Made by a program: the position numbers and the translations under genes. The notes under the pieces were generated by a model that was not told the DNA's origin, did no database searches, and was given only the letters and a program-made list of their open reading frames with translations. From an uncultured Acidobacteriota bacterium (GTDB lineage Bacteria > Acidobacteriota > Thermoanaerobaculia > UBA5066 > DATFVB01), in assembly GCA_963813155.1 (NCBI GenBank), contig CAWEYG010000002.1, positions 192,001 through 256,000 of the forward strand: a stretch of DNA of 64,000 nucleotides, read 5' to 3'. Each line of letters begins with the position of its first letter. The first letter of the stretch is position 1. Below, in pieces: positions 29,047 through 39,835 of the stretch.

Positions 29047-30393
29047 GTGACCGAACGAAAAGACCCGCCCGCGCTCGACCTGTCTCTGCTCGCCCGATGG
29101 ATCGAGCCGCTCTCGCGAGACGGGTTTGCCGATCTGTTTTTCGAATGGAAACGGGAGCTTCGCCTCTCGTGGAAAGACGGGGCCCTGCGCGGCCCGACGC
29201 TCCTTTCCGAAAACGGCGTATCCGCCCGCGGCCGCCGCGGCGACCGGCTCGTGCTCGCCGCGTCTCCCCGCGCCGACGAGGCCGGAGCGCGCGAAGTGGT
29301 CCGCCGCCTCGCGGGGCAACTTTCGTCGTCCTCGTTCCCGAAGAGCTCGGAAAAGGAACCCGACGAACCGACCGACGAATTCCCCGACTCGACGGCGTGG
29401 GTGAAAAAGCTCGGGTCGATGTTCTCCCGCGCCCTCTCTTCCGAAGGACACCGGATCGACGTTCGCCGGCTGCGATCGTCCCGGCTGATCGTCGGAGGCG
29501 CGGGCGGCCCCCACCAGTTCGAGAGGGCCCGGATCTCCGTCGGCGGAAAGGTCCTCACCGACACCCGCGGCGGGCCGAAATGGCGAAACTTCGACTTCCA
29601 TCTGCCGGAATCCGACGACGGCGCGTTCGAGGAGCTCCGCCAGCGCCTGAGGAGCCTGACTTCTCCGGGAGGCGCCGCCGTTGCGCCCGTCGAGGGCGCC
29701 ACGGACGTGCTTTTCGACAACGGCTCCGCCGCGTTCTTCTTCCACGAGGTCCTCGCCCATCCCCTGGAGGCCGACGCTCCGGCGTCGCGTCTCGCGAATC
29801 TGCAGAAGGCGCGGGTGTGCCCGCGCGAGATCGAAGTCACCGACGAGCCTTCCCGCCTCGACCTCTTCGGCGGATATCCCGTGGACGACGAGGGGGTGCC
29901 GGCGCGGCGCACGCACCTCGTCAACGCCGGCCATCTCGCTTCGCTGTTGCGCGACCGCGTGCGGTCCGACGGTCTCCACCCGTCGACCGGGAACGGCCGC
30001 CGCGCGAGCCCGTTCGACCACGCGGCTCCGCGCGGTTCCAACATCGTCGTCGGTTCGGGCGGAGCGAGCGACGGAGAAATGCTCCACCGGCTCGCCAACG
30101 GGATCCGCATCGAAGAGCTCGTCGGGGGAAGCGTCGATCCGGCGTCCGGCGAGTTTCGGCTGCGGTTCGCCGCGGCGCAGTCGATCCAGCGAGGCCGGCC
30201 GGGCCAGAGCCTGGGCCCGGGGGTCGTCCATGGCGACATCCTGGACGCCCTCGGCCAGGTCGATCCTCTCCTCGGCGTGCGGGTCAAACCCTGCCGCCAG
30301 CTCGCCTGGTGCGCGCGCGAGGGGAAGGTGCTCCCGATCGGCGGCGAGGCCCCCGCGATGATCGTCCGCCGGCTCCAGGTGAGCCCCCAGTGA
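29047..30393 (+). CDS. TldD-like metalloprotease
   Basis: [23 protein letters not shown]. Confidence 0.82.
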   Translation: MTERKDPPALDLSLLARWIEPLSRDGFADLFFEWKRELRLSWKDGALRGPTLLSENGVSARGRRGDRLVLAASPRADEAGAREVVRRLAGQLSSSSFPKSSEKEPDEPTDEFPDSTAWVKKLGSMFSRALSSEGHRIDVRRLRSSRLIVGGAGGPHQFERARISVGGKVLTDTRGGPKWRNFDFHLPESDDGAFEELRQRLRSLTSPGGAAVAPVEGATDVLFDNGSAAFFFHEVLAHPLEADAPASRLANLQKARVCPREIEVTDEPSRLDLFGGYPVDDEGVPARRTHLVNAGHLASLLRDRVRSDGLHPSTGNGRRASPFDHAAPRGSNIVVGSGGASDGEMLHRLANGIRIEELVGGSVDPASGEFRLRFAAAQSIQRGRPGQSLGPGVVHGDILDALGQVDPLLGVRVKPCRQLAWCAREGKVLPIGGEAPAMIVRRLQVSPQ

Positions 30394-31685
30394 GCCCCTC
30401 CGCCGAATTCGCGCTGGAACCGTTGCGCCGCCGCCTTTCAGAGCGCGCCGGGGCGCGATGGGAAATCTTCGCGAAACGCGCGGTCGCGCGCGAAGTCCGG
30501 GTCTCGCCGAAGCTCCGGGAGGAATCGGATCGCGTCGAGGAGGGATACGCGGCGCGATGGGAAGAAGGGACATCGTCCCTCTTCGCGTCGGCGACTTCCG
30601 TTTCGCTTCTTCTCGCGGGAATCGCCGAAGCCGGCCGGCTCCACGCGGGATCGCACGACCCGCTGCCTCGCCTGCCCGGCGGGCGATTCGAGAACGACGC
30701 GGCAACGACCGAGATTCCCGGGCTCGACCAGTTCGACGCGCTCTCCCAGCTGCTCGCCACCGAATCGAAGGGGCATGCCCGGCTGACCTCGCTGACGGCG
30801 GCGGGAGGCTTCGTCTTCGAGCGGCTCGAGAACGGCTCGGGCTTTCAGGGCGACCGCACCCGCGCCTTCGGGTACGGCAACGCTCGCGCCGTCGGCGTTC
30901 GGGAGAGCAAGCGCATGAGCGCGGACATCGTCTTCCCCGTGGAGTCCTCGGCGCCTCCCGATCTCGAAAAAATCGCCCAGTCGCTCGCGGACCGGTGCCT
31001 GATTCCTCTCCGCGGATCGGGTTCGCCGTTTCCCCGAGGCGAGCTCCTGCTCGACCCGTCGGTCTCGGCGCTCCTGCTATCGGCGACGCTGCCGCTCTTT
31101 TGCGGCGACGAGCACCGGCTCCTGTTGTCGCGAAAATATCTCGACCGCGCGGGACGGTTCGCCGCGTCGGCCGTCTCGATCCTCGACGACGCGAGCCGCG
31201 AATATCCGTTCGATGGCGAGGGAATCCCCGTGCGACGAAATTCCGTCGTGGAGGGCGGAATTTTCCGCGGGCGCCTTCACGACCTCGGTTCGGCTGCCCG
31301 AACGGGGGAAGAACCCACGGGCAACGCGATCCGCGGCTCGTTTCGCTTTCCGCCCCGCCCGGGCAGCGCACGTTTCCTGCTCCTGAGCCGGGCGGCGGAG
31401 TCCCCCGCCGCTCTGCTCGGCCGCGTCACGCGGGGAATCTACGCGACGGCCGCCTGCGCTCCGGTTCGGGTCGATCTCGAGAGCGACCAGTACCGGCTGG
31501 AGGTCGAAGGCTGGGCGCTACAGGCCGGCCGCGCGAAGGCGCCCGTCGCGTCCGCGACGGTGCGGGGACGCCTTTCGGAATTCTGGCGAACGCTCTCCGG
31601 GGTCGGAGACGACCTGCGGTGGTTTCCGCTTTCCACGACGACGGGGGCGCCGACTCTTCTTCTCCCGCGAGTCGTTTTCGGCTGA
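30390..31685 (+). CDS. PmbA/TldE-like partner subunit
   Basis: FDGEG, PTGNAIR and C-terminal APTLL; no HExxxH motif; GTGA overlap with the tldD-like gene. Confidence 0.78.
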   Translation: MSPSAEFALEPLRRRLSERAGARWEIFAKRAVAREVRVSPKLREESDRVEEGYAARWEEGTSSLFASATSVSLLLAGIAEAGRLHAGSHDPLPRLPGGRFENDAATTEIPGLDQFDALSQLLATESKGHARLTSLTAAGGFVFERLENGSGFQGDRTRAFGYGNARAVGVRESKRMSADIVFPVESSAPPDLEKIAQSLADRCLIPLRGSGSPFPRGELLLDPSVSALLLSATLPLFCGDEHRLLLSRKYLDRAGRFAASAVSILDDASREYPFDGEGIPVRRNSVVEGGIFRGRLHDLGSAARTGEEPTGNAIRGSFRFPPRPGSARFLLLSRAAESPAALLGRVTRGIYATAACAPVRVDLESDQYRLEVEGWALQAGRAKAPVASATVRGRLSEFWRTLSGVGDDLRWFPLSTTTGAPTLLLPRVVFG

Positions 31686-31704
31686 CCTCTCGTTCGCGAC
31701 GAGG

Positions 31705-32700
31705 TCAACGGGGCGGAGGCGGCGGTTCCTCTTCCGGCGGAGGAGGCTCCGGAGTGGCTTCCGGCGGCGGCTGGTCTGCCGCCGGCGGAGGAGGGGCGGG
31801 CGCCGGTTGCGCCGGCGCGGGAGCCGCCTGGGGAGGAAATTGAGTCCGGGGACGCGGCGTGAACGCCCGCGAGCGGTTGAAGACGCTGGGCCGGCGCTGC
31901 GCGCGGCCCCCCGCGGGCTGCTGTTCCGCCCCGGCGGGCGACGAGGGCCCCGCGCTCTGAGGAACCGTCACGACGACCGCGGAAGCGGGAGGGGGTGTGG
32001 CCTCTTCTTCCTGCGACAGTACTTCTCCCGAGTCGATAAAACGCTCCGGCGAGATCCTCGCCAGAACCGAGGGATCGGCGAATTCCCCGTCGGCGACGAG
32101 GACGGCGGCCGCGAGATCCCTCTGGTAGTTCGCGACGGAGGCGCGGTGCATCAGCTTCGTCTGGACGACCAGAGGATTTCGCGACGCGAGCCGCAGCGAA
32201 TTGTCGATTCGCAGCGCCTTCGCGAGCTCCTGGATGGCCGCCTCCTCGCGGCCTTCCCGCTCCTCCAGCACTCCGAGATGAAAATGAGAGAAAGGGAAAC
32301 CCGGTTTCCGGTGGATCGAGCGGCGGAACGCCGCGATCGCGCTCGAAGGCTTGCCCTCCTTCTCCCACAGGAGCCCTTCGTTGTACGACGGCAGGTAAGA
32401 GCTGCGGTCGAGCCGCTCCGCCAACCGATACTGCGCGGCCGCCTCCTTCGCGAACCCGCGGCGGGCGAGGAGATTTCCCAGGTCGTTGTGAATCGCCGGG
32501 TCCTCCGGCTTTTCCGCCGCCTCGCGGGTCAGCTCTCGAATCTCGCGGTCGCCCGGATCTTCGTCCGTCAGGTACTTGTCGTAGAAAGGCGCGGACGGCT
32601 TTCCCGCCGGCCTGGAATCCGGCTTCGCGTCGCCCGGAGAATCCGCATAGGCCAGGACCGCAAACAGCGGCACGATGGCCGAGAGCCAGAGTTTTTTCAT
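31705..32700 (-). CDS. Exported TPR-repeat protein with Pro-rich tail
   Basis: Signal peptide; TPR-like helices (HNDLGNLL, HFHLGVL); poly-Pro C-terminus. Confidence 0.78.
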   Translation of the reverse strand: MKKLWLSAIVPLFAVLAYADSPGDAKPDSRPAGKPSAPFYDKYLTDEDPGDREIRELTREAAEKPEDPAIHNDLGNLLARRGFAKEAAAQYRLAERLDRSSYLPSYNEGLLWEKEGKPSSAIAAFRRSIHRKPGFPFSHFHLGVLEEREGREEAAIQELAKALRIDNSLRLASRNPLVVQTKLMHRASVANYQRDLAAAVLVADGEFADPSVLARISPERFIDSGEVLSQEEEATPPPASAVVVTVPQSAGPSSPAGAEQQPAGGRAQRRPSVFNRSRAFTPRPRTQFPPQAAPAPAQPAPAPPPPAADQPPPEATPEPPPPEEEPPPPPR

Positions 32701-33245
32701 GCTTTCTTCCCTTTTCGGGTACGAACCGCGAGCTTGACCTTCTCGGCGTCCGCCGCGACGTCGAACTCCCATTCGCCGTGCCCCATTCGTTCTTTCAGCC
32801 TCTCACGTTCGCGGTTCAGTTGATCCCGGAATTTCTCGAAGCTCAACCGGGCGACCTCCTCGCCGCGTTCCTTCTTGGCCCGGACGAATCGCTCGAAAAG
32901 CGCGCGATCGGCCGATTCCTCAGCCTTCGTTAGTACGGAAGCCGGCGGCGTCGCGTTTGGCGCCTGGACCCCGCGCGCGAAGCGCCCGCGCCCCTCTTCC
33001 TTTTCCCGGACGGCGCGGTCCCAACGCTCCAGCTGGGCATTGTATCGTCCGATCAGGGAATTGAACCGATATCTCTCGCTCGCCGAATCGATGGTCTGCT
33101 GCGACAGGGCCTTCGCTCTCGATTCCAACTGGCGCCGGGACTCCGCCGGCAGCCGGCCCCCCGACCCGTAGAGAAAGACATCGTATTCGCGCGAAAGCCG
33201 GGCGATCGCAGCCTCGAACTCGGAAAAATCCTTCTCGAGCGACAT
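32697..33245 (-). CDS. MXAN_5187 C-terminal-domain-like protein
   Basis: 'EYDVFLYG..RLP...RYRFNSL...ALFERFVRAK...EFDVAADAEKVKL'. Confidence 0.6.
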   Translation of the reverse strand: MSLEKDFSEFEAAIARLSREYDVFLYGSGGRLPAESRRQLESRAKALSQQTIDSASERYRFNSLIGRYNAQLERWDRAVREKEEGRGRFARGVQAPNATPPASVLTKAEESADRALFERFVRAKKERGEEVARLSFEKFRDQLNRERERLKERMGHGEWEFDVAADAEKVKLAVRTRKGKKA

Positions 33246-33265
33246 CTGCTAACCTCGCCATTGTA

Positions 33266-34606
33266 ATGGCAACACGCCATCCTCCTTCCATGGAACGCCT
33301 CCTCTCCGACCCGCGGGCGGCCGGACTGACCGAACGGTACGGGCGGCCGGCCCTCAAAGAGGCCGCGACGGCAGTCATCCAGGCAAGAGCGGCCGTCGAC
33401 GCGGGAGAGATCCTCGAGGCGAGCGAGCGTGTCCTGGCGAGACGTTTCGAGCCGGACCCGGTGCGCGTCGTCAACGCCACCGGCGTCCTGATCCATACGA
33501 ATCTGGGGCGGGCTCCCCTTTCCGGGAGCGCCCGGCGGGCGATCGGAGAAGCCGCCGCTGGCTACCAGTCCGTCGAGATCGATCTCGTATCGGGCCGGCG
33601 GGGCTCCCGCGGAAAGAAGCTTCGGGAGCTGCTCGCGTCTTTTCTCGGAACGGAGGACGCGCTCGCCGTCAACAATAACGCGGCCGCGGTTCTGCTCGCC
33701 CTCTCGGCGACCGCCGCCGGGCGCGAGGTCCTCGTCTCGCGCGGAGAGCTCGTCGCCATCGGAGGCTCCTTCAAGATCCCCGAGATCCTCGAGCTGTCGG
33801 GCGCGAGGCTACGGGAGGTGGGGACCACGAACCGGACGAAGATCGAAGACTACGAGCGCGCGTTCTCGAAGCACACGGCGGCCCTCCTGACCGTTCACCC
33901 GTCGAATTACGAAATCCGCGGTTACTCGAAACGCCCCGCTCCGGCCGACGTCGGCGCGCTCGCGCGGAAGAAGAGAATTCCCTGGATCCACGATCACGGG
34001 TCCGGAAACCCGATCGGCCTCGAGGTCTACGGAATCGCCGGAGAGGAAAAGATCTCCGACGCCGTCTCCGCGGGGGCCGCGATCGTCGCGTTCTCCGGCG
34101 ACAAGCTCCTCGGCGGCCCGCAGGCCGGCATCCTCGCGGGGAAACGCCGATGGATCGAGGCCTGCCGCTCCCATCCGCTCGCGCGCGCGGTTCGGGCCGA
34201 CAAGCTCACGCTCGCAGGCCTCTTCGCGACCGTCGCGGACTGGATCGCGCGCGGGCCCGGCGCGATCCCGATCCATGCGCTCGCGTGCCGGCCGGTCGAG
34301 GAGCTTCGAGCCCGGGCAGACGCCGTTCGAAAATCCCTTCCGGCCGGCATCGCCGCCGAGCCCGTGGACACGCTCTCGCTCTTCGGAGGAGGCACGACGC
34401 CGGAACGGACTTTTCCTTCTGCAGGGCTCGCACTCACGAGCTCCTCGTTCTCAGCCGATGAGCTGGCCAGACGGCTCCGCGTCGGCAAGCCGCCACTCGT
34501 CGCCCGCGTCGAGCGAGGAAAGGTCATTCTCGATTTCCGAACGATCTTTCCGGAAGAGGACGAAGTCGTGGTCGAAGCGGTCAGGACAATCGTGGAAGGT
34601 GTTTGA
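33266..34606 (+). CDS. selA: L-seryl-tRNA(Sec) selenium transferase
   Basis: NATGVLIHTNLGRAPL, VNNNAAA, EVGTTNRT, SGDKLLGGPQAG. Confidence 0.92.
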   Translation: MATRHPPSMERLLSDPRAAGLTERYGRPALKEAATAVIQARAAVDAGEILEASERVLARRFEPDPVRVVNATGVLIHTNLGRAPLSGSARRAIGEAAAGYQSVEIDLVSGRRGSRGKKLRELLASFLGTEDALAVNNNAAAVLLALSATAAGREVLVSRGELVAIGGSFKIPEILELSGARLREVGTTNRTKIEDYERAFSKHTAALLTVHPSNYEIRGYSKRPAPADVGALARKKRIPWIHDHGSGNPIGLEVYGIAGEEKISDAVSAGAAIVAFSGDKLLGGPQAGILAGKRRWIEACRSHPLARAVRADKLTLAGLFATVADWIARGPGAIPIHALACRPVEELRARADAVRKSLPAGIAAEPVDTLSLFGGGTTPERTFPSAGLALTSSSFSADELARRLRVGKPPLVARVERGKVILDFRTIFPEEDEVVVEAVRTIVEGV

Positions 34607-34641
34607 CCCGCCGCGTCAATTAGACTAGTCTTAGACCAGTC
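34603..34641 (+). promoter_or_regulatory. Toxin-antitoxin promoter with tandem operator repeats
   Basis: TTGACC-17nt-TAGTCT; TTAGACTAGTC/TTAGACCAGTC direct repeat containing the GACTAGTC palindrome. Confidence 0.65.
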
Positions 34642-34878
34642 ATGAAGAAGCGAGTCAGCGCCTATGAGGCAAAGACCCACCTCCCGAGCCTCGTCGCCGA
34701 GGCAGAACAGGGAAGGCTCATCACGATCACGCGTCATGGGGTCGATGTCGCCGAGCTGGGACCGGTCGGGCGGCCTCCGAACGTCGCCGCCTCCATCGAA
34801 GGTCTGAGGCGGCTTCGAAAGGGCTTAAAACTCGGAAAAATCTCGATTCGACAACTGATCGACGAAGGCCGGCGCTGA
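34642..34878 (+). CDS. Phd/YefM-family antitoxin
   Basis: 'VSAYEAKTHLPSLVAEAEQG..ITITRHG..VAEL'. Confidence 0.92.
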   Translation: MKKRVSAYEAKTHLPSLVAEAEQGRLITITRHGVDVAELGPVGRPPNVAASIEGLRRLRKGLKLGKISIRQLIDEGRR

Positions 34879-35288
34879 AAGCTTTCGCTCTCGACTGCTC
34901 GGTCGCGTTGAGCTGGCTGTTCGAAGACGAATCGAGTCCCGGGGCGGACGAAGCGCTCGAATCGCTGAAGGATTCCGAAGCCCTGGTGCCGGCGATCTGG
35001 CCGTTCGAGATCGCCAACAGCCTCGCGGTCGCCGAACGGCGCCGGCGCTGCACGGCGGCCGACTCCGCAAGTTATCTGAATCTGCTGTCGTCGCTGCCCA
35101 TCCGGGTCGAAGCGCCGCCGACCGGCCGGGCGCTCGACACGATCCTTTCGGTCGCGCGCGAATCCAGCCTCTCCGCCTACGACGCCGCTTACCTCGAGGT
35201 CGCGATGCGTGAAGGCCTCGCGCTCGCGACCCAGGACCGGCGCCTCCGCGAAGCGGCGCGCCGCATGGGGGTTGCCGCGTACCGGTAA
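34875..35288 (+). CDS. VapC-family PIN-domain toxin (probable CTG start)
   Basis: ALDCSVALSWLFEDE, WPFEIAN, LSAYDAAYLEVA, LATQD. Confidence 0.88.
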   Translation: MKAFALDCSVALSWLFEDESSPGADEALESLKDSEALVPAIWPFEIANSLAVAERRRRCTAADSASYLNLLSSLPIRVEAPPTGRALDTILSVARESSLSAYDAAYLEVAMREGLALATQDRRLREAARRMGVAAYR

Positions 35289-35294
35289 TTCCCG

Positions 35295-36482
35295 CTACGC
35301 CGTCGCGATGCCGTCGTCGATGTCGCCGGAGGCCGGTTTGAGAACGGGAAGGGAAGCCGACTGCTTCTTCTTCGGGATCGGAAGCGGGCCCGTGCAGCAG
35401 GGATCCTTGCACGCGTCGTAGAGCGTACGGCGCTGGACCGGCGTGTAGCCCGCGTCGGAGATGATCCGCTCCATTCCCTCCTGGTCCATGTGGTTTCGCG
35501 CTCCCGCCGCCGCGACGACGTTCTCCTCGATCATGATCGAGCCGAGGTCGTCGGCGCCGAACGCGAGGCTCGTCTGGCCGATCTTCGGTCCCTGCGTCAC
35601 CCACGATCCCTGCACGTGGCGAATGTTGTCGAAGTAGAGGCGCGAAACGGCGAGCGTCTTCAGGTATTCGTGCCCGCCGGCGAGGCGGACCTTGCCGTCG
35701 AGAGCCGTGTTCTCCTCCTGGAACGTCCACGGGATCCACGCCGTGAATCCGCCCGTCCGGTCCTGGAGGTCGCGCACGACCTGCAGGTGCTCGACGCGCT
35801 GCTCCAGGGTCTCGCCGACGCCGAACATCATCGTCGCTGTCGTGCGCATTCCGAGGCCGTGCGCGGATTCGTGCACGTCGACCCACTGGGCGACCGGCGC
35901 CTTCGTGAGCGACCAGATCTCCCTCCGCACGGAGTCCTCCAGGATTTCGGCGCCGCCGCCCGGGATCGACTGCATCCCGGCGTCCCGCAGCCGGGCGATC
36001 ACGTCGCGCATCGGCTGTTTCGTGAGCTTCTGAAGGAAGTAGACCTCCGGGGCCGAAAGCGCGTGAAGGTGAATCGTCGGAAAGTTCGTCCGGATGAACC
36101 GGAACATCTCTTCGTAGAAGGAGAACGGCAGCTTCGCGTGGACGCCGCCCTGAAGCAGCACTCCCGTTCCGCCGAGGTCGACCGTTTCCCGCAGCTTCTC
36201 GCCGATCTGGTCCCACGAGAGGACGTACGCGTCCTCCGCACCGTCGGGCCGGTAGAACGCGCAGAACTTGCAGCGGTAGATGCAGACGTTCGTGTAGTTG
36301 ATGTTCCGGTCGATGATGTAGGAAGCCTGGTCCGGCGGGTTCTTGCGGTTGCGGATCTCGTTGGCCGCGGCGCCGATCTCGAGCAGGTTGCCGTCGCGGA
36401 GCAGGGAGACGGCGTCCTCGGAACCGAGACGTTCGCCGCCGAGAACGGCGCAGAGGATTTCGGCGGACGGCCGCGGCTGCAT
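35295..36482 (-). CDS. mqnC: Cyclic dehypoxanthinyl futalosine synthase (radical SAM)
   Basis: DRNINYTNVCIYRCKFCAF, SIPGGGAEIL, SWVTQG, MIEENVV. Confidence 0.88.
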   Translation of the reverse strand: MQPRPSAEILCAVLGGERLGSEDAVSLLRDGNLLEIGAAANEIRNRKNPPDQASYIIDRNINYTNVCIYRCKFCAFYRPDGAEDAYVLSWDQIGEKLRETVDLGGTGVLLQGGVHAKLPFSFYEEMFRFIRTNFPTIHLHALSAPEVYFLQKLTKQPMRDVIARLRDAGMQSIPGGGAEILEDSVRREIWSLTKAPVAQWVDVHESAHGLGMRTTATMMFGVGETLEQRVEHLQVVRDLQDRTGGFTAWIPWTFQEENTALDGKVRLAGGHEYLKTLAVSRLYFDNIRHVQGSWVTQGPKIGQTSLAFGADDLGSIMIEENVVAAAGARNHMDQEGMERIISDAGYTPVQRRTLYDACKDPCCTGPLPIPKKKQSASLPVLKPASGDIDDGIATA

Positions 36483-36514
36483 GGAGGCCATTTTACTTGT
36501 AGATTCGCCAGGTC

Positions 36515-37262
36515 ATGAAACGCCTCGTCGTGCTCGGCGCGAGCAACGCCCGCCGATGCCTTCCGACCATCTTTTCCGCGGCCCGGGCGGCCTCGCGGGC
36601 CGGTGAAGGTCTACGGGGCGATCGGCCACGGCCGGTCGTACGGGTCTGCGAGCAGCGTCCTCGGCCGCTCCCTTCCGGGCATCCTCGAATGCGGCCTGTG
36701 GGCCGCGCTGGACACCTCGGCTAGCGATCCCCTCGACGCGGTCCTGAGTGACGCGGGAAACGACATCCTTTACGGATTTTCGGTCGCCGAAATCCTCGAA
36801 TGGGCCGGAGAATGCATTTCCCGGTTGGAGAAGATCGGAGCGCGGATCACGGTCATGGGCCTTCCCGTCGAGGCGATCGACCGGCTCGGCCCGGCCCGAT
36901 TCCTGATGTTCCGATCGATCTTCTTCCCGTCGAGCCGGCTTCGGCTGGGAGCCGTCCGAAGCTCCGTCCGGGAGCTCGATCGCGCCCTGCGGCTCGCCGC
37001 GGAAGCGCGAAAAATCCGTTTCGTCGAGCCCCGTGGCGAGTGGTACGGTTTCGACCCGATTCACATCCGCTTTCGCGACGCGAGAGCGGCCTGGGCGGAA
37101 ATCCTCGGCGCGCCGCCCGCGGCCATGGGACGCCTCCCGACATTCGACGCCCTGCGGGTCCGGCTCGCCCGCCCCGAAGGGGAAACGATGTTCGGTATCG
37201 AACACGCCCACGCCCAGCCCGCGTTCCGCGCGGGCGACGGGAGCGAGATCAGGCTGTACTAG
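36515..37262 (+). CDS. SGNH-hydrolase-like protein; apparent +1 frameshift near 36596
   Basis: N-terminus 'MKRLVVLGASN' (36515) joins 'GHGRSYG...DAGND...GFDPIH' (36603 frame). Confidence 0.65.
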
Positions 37263-37276
37263 CTGGCGGCTGGCCC

Positions 37277-38459
37277 CTACGACCTGTAGTCCGCGTTCAG
37301 AGACACGTAGTCGTGGCCGAGGTCGCACGTCATGAGCGATGCCTTCCCCGGCCCGGAGCCGAGGTCGATCGTGATGGGGACGGTCTCGCGGGAGAAGATC
37401 CTCGCCGCGTCCCGCTCGCGATACTCCGCCGGAGAGCCGTCCGCGACGAGCACGAGGCTTCCCGCGCGGAGGCTGACGCGCTTCGGGGAGAACCTCGCTC
37501 CGCTTCTTCCGACCGCCGCGAGGATCCGGCCCCAGTTCGGGTCGCCTCCCGCGAGGGCCGTCTTGACGAGCGGCGAGGTCGCGACGGCGTGCGCAGCGAG
37601 CTTCGCTTCCCGGTCCGACCGGGCGCCACGGATTTCGATCGCCATCACGCGGCTCGCGCCCTCTCCGTCCCGGACGATCATCTCGGCGAGCTCCCGGCAG
37701 ACCGCCGCGAGCGCGCGACGGAAGTCGGCGCCTTCCGCCGGACGGTCGAGCTCCGGGCCGCCGAGCTTGCCCGACGCGAGGAGGAGAACGGTGTCGTTGG
37801 TCGAGGTGTCGCCGTCGACCGAAATCGCGTGGAAGCTCGAATCCGCCGCTTCGTGCAGAGCGGCGCGAAGGAATCTCGGCGACGCCGCGGCGTCGGTCAT
37901 GACAAACGCGAGCATCGTCGCCATGTCGGGATGGATCATTCCCGCGCCCTTCGCGAACCCGACGATGCGGCCCCTCTTTCCGGCGTGCCGGAACGTGGCG
38001 GCGGCGACCTTCGGGCCCGCATCGGTCGTGAGGATCGCGAGGGACGCTCGCCTCGAGCCCGGAAGGCGAGAGGCGCGCGATCGCCGCCGGAAGGGCCTCC
38101 CGAACGCGCGCATCCGGGAGAGGGACGCCGATGACGCCCGTGGACGCGAGAAAGACCTCCTCCGCCGGACAGCCGAGGAGCCGGGCGGCCCGGTCCCGCA
38201 CCCGGCGCGCCGCCCGGGCGCCCTTCTCTCCCGTCAGCGCGTTCGCGCAACCCGAGTTCACGATGGCCGCTCGCACCCTTCCTCCGGAGCGCGCGAGCGC
38301 GGCACGCGACAGAGAAACGGGCGCCGCAGAAAACCGGTTCTTCGTGAAAAGGGCGGCCGCCGTCGCCCCCGAGGGCGCGAGCAGAATTGCGAGATCCGGG
38401 CGGCGCTTTCGAATGCCGGAGCGAATCCCCGACGCGAGAAACCCGTTCGGCAGCTTCAT
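37277..38459 (-). CDS. argJ: Ornithine acetyltransferase/N-acetylglutamate synthase; apparent +1 frameshift near 38048
   Basis: NSGCANA and STGVIG in one frame; AILTTD, KGAGMIHPDMATML, DGDTSTND and DGEGA in the next. Confidence 0.9.
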
Positions 38460-39835
38460 CGCCGGCTCCGCGCCTCCCGAACCCGCTTCCCGGCCGCCTT
38501 CGCCGCTTCCGCGACGCGTTTCGGCGAGGTACCGCCGATCGTCGCGCGGCGGGAGAGCGCGCGCGCCACGTCGAGCGACGAGCGATCTCCACGCGTGAAC
38601 TCGGGCGTCACCGGAAGGTCCCGAAGGGAGCGCCCGGAACGGCCGGCGTCCGCGACGAGCCGCCCGACAAACTCGTGCGCGCGGCGAAACGGGACACCGC
38701 GCCGGGCCATGGCGTCCGCGAGCTCGGTCGCGAGGAGCGCGTCGTCGGAAGCCGCTTTCCTCATCCGGGCGCGATCGAGCCGCAGCCGCGACACGAGCGC
38801 GGTCATCGCGGGAAGGGCCGCCGCGAGAACGGCCCGCAGGCGGAACACGGGTTCCTTGTCGAGCTGCAGGTCCTTGTTGTACGCGAGCGGCAGCCCCTTG
38901 AGCAGCGCGAGAAGGCCCGCGAGCTCGCCGATCGAGCGGCCGGCATGCCCGCGCAAGAGCTCGAGAATGTCCGGATTCTTCTTGTGCGGCATCCGGGACG
39001 AACCGGTCGAGAGGTCGTCCGGCAGCTCCAGGAACGCGAATTCGTCCGAAGAGAACAGGATCACGTCCCCGGCCAGCCGCGACAGGTGGGAGAGCAGCAT
39101 CGCGCCGCAGTAGAGGTAGTCCGCGGCGGCGTCGCGATCCGAGACCGCGTCGAGCGAGTTCGCGCTCGGCCGGCGAAAGCCGAGCTCGCGGGCGAGCGCT
39201 CGCCGGTCCACGCCGACCGGGGAGCCGGAGAGGGCTCCGCTTCCGAGGGGGCACTCGTCGGCGCGATCCTTCGCCTGCGCGAACCTCTCCTCGTCGCGCA
39301 GGAGCATTTCGACGTAGGCGAGGCACCAGTGGCCGAACGTGACCGGCTCCGCGCGCTTTCCGTGCGTGTAAGCCGGCATCGGCGTCGCGGCGTCGCGCTC
39401 GGCGCGCCGGACGAGCGCTTCGGCGAGCGCGAGCAGGTTCTCTTGCGCCTCCCCGAACACCCGCCGCAGATAGATGCGGAAATCGGTCGCGACCTGGTCG
39501 TTGCGCGAGCGGCCCGTGTGGAGCTTGCCGCCGACCGGGCCCGCGAGCCTCGCGACTTCCGATTCGACGAACGAATGCACGTCCTCGAACGCGCGGACGC
39601 CGCACGGGATCCCGGCGGCCCGAACCTTCCGGAGGGCCCGCGCGAGGCGGCCCGCCTCCGATTGCGAGAGGACCCGGGCCTTCCGCAGCGCGCCGACCCA
39701 GGCCAGCGAACCCTCCACGTCCTCGGCGAACAGCTCCCGGTCGAACTCGAAGGAATCGTTGAAGCGCCGGAGCAATTCCGAGGCCGGAGCCGAAAAACGG
39801 CCTCCCCACATCGTCTTGCGGGAAGAGGCTTTCAC
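38456..39835 (-). CDS. argH: Argininosuccinate lyase
   Basis: MWGGRF, HTGRSRNDQ, GSSRMPHKKNPD. Confidence 0.95.
   Translation of the reverse strand: MKASSRKTMWGGRFSAPASELLRRFNDSFEFDRELFAEDVEGSLAWVGALRKARVLSQSEAGRLARALRKVRAAGIPCGVRAFEDVHSFVESEVARLAGPVGGKLHTGRSRNDQVATDFRIYLRRVFGEAQENLLALAEALVRRAERDAATPMPAYTHGKRAEPVTFGHWCLAYVEMLLRDEERFAQAKDRADECPLGSGALSGSPVGVDRRALARELGFRRPSANSLDAVSDRDAAADYLYCGAMLLSHLSRLAGDVILFSSDEFAFLELPDDLSTGSSRMPHKKNPDILELLRGHAGRSIGELAGLLALLKGLPLAYNKDLQLDKEPVFRLRAVLAAALPAMTALVSRLRLDRARMRKAASDDALLATELADAMARRGVPFRRAHEFVGRLVADAGRSGRSLRDLPVTPEFTRGDRSSLDVARALSRRATIGGTSPKRVAEAAKAAGKRVREARSRR

Noticed and set aside
23957-29050. Very long alternative ORFs (e.g. 1697 aa at 23957-29050, 907 aa at 10326-13049, 957 aa at 56113-58986)
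   Set aside because: They are antisense shadows of well-supported genes in high-GC DNA and carry no recognisable motifs.
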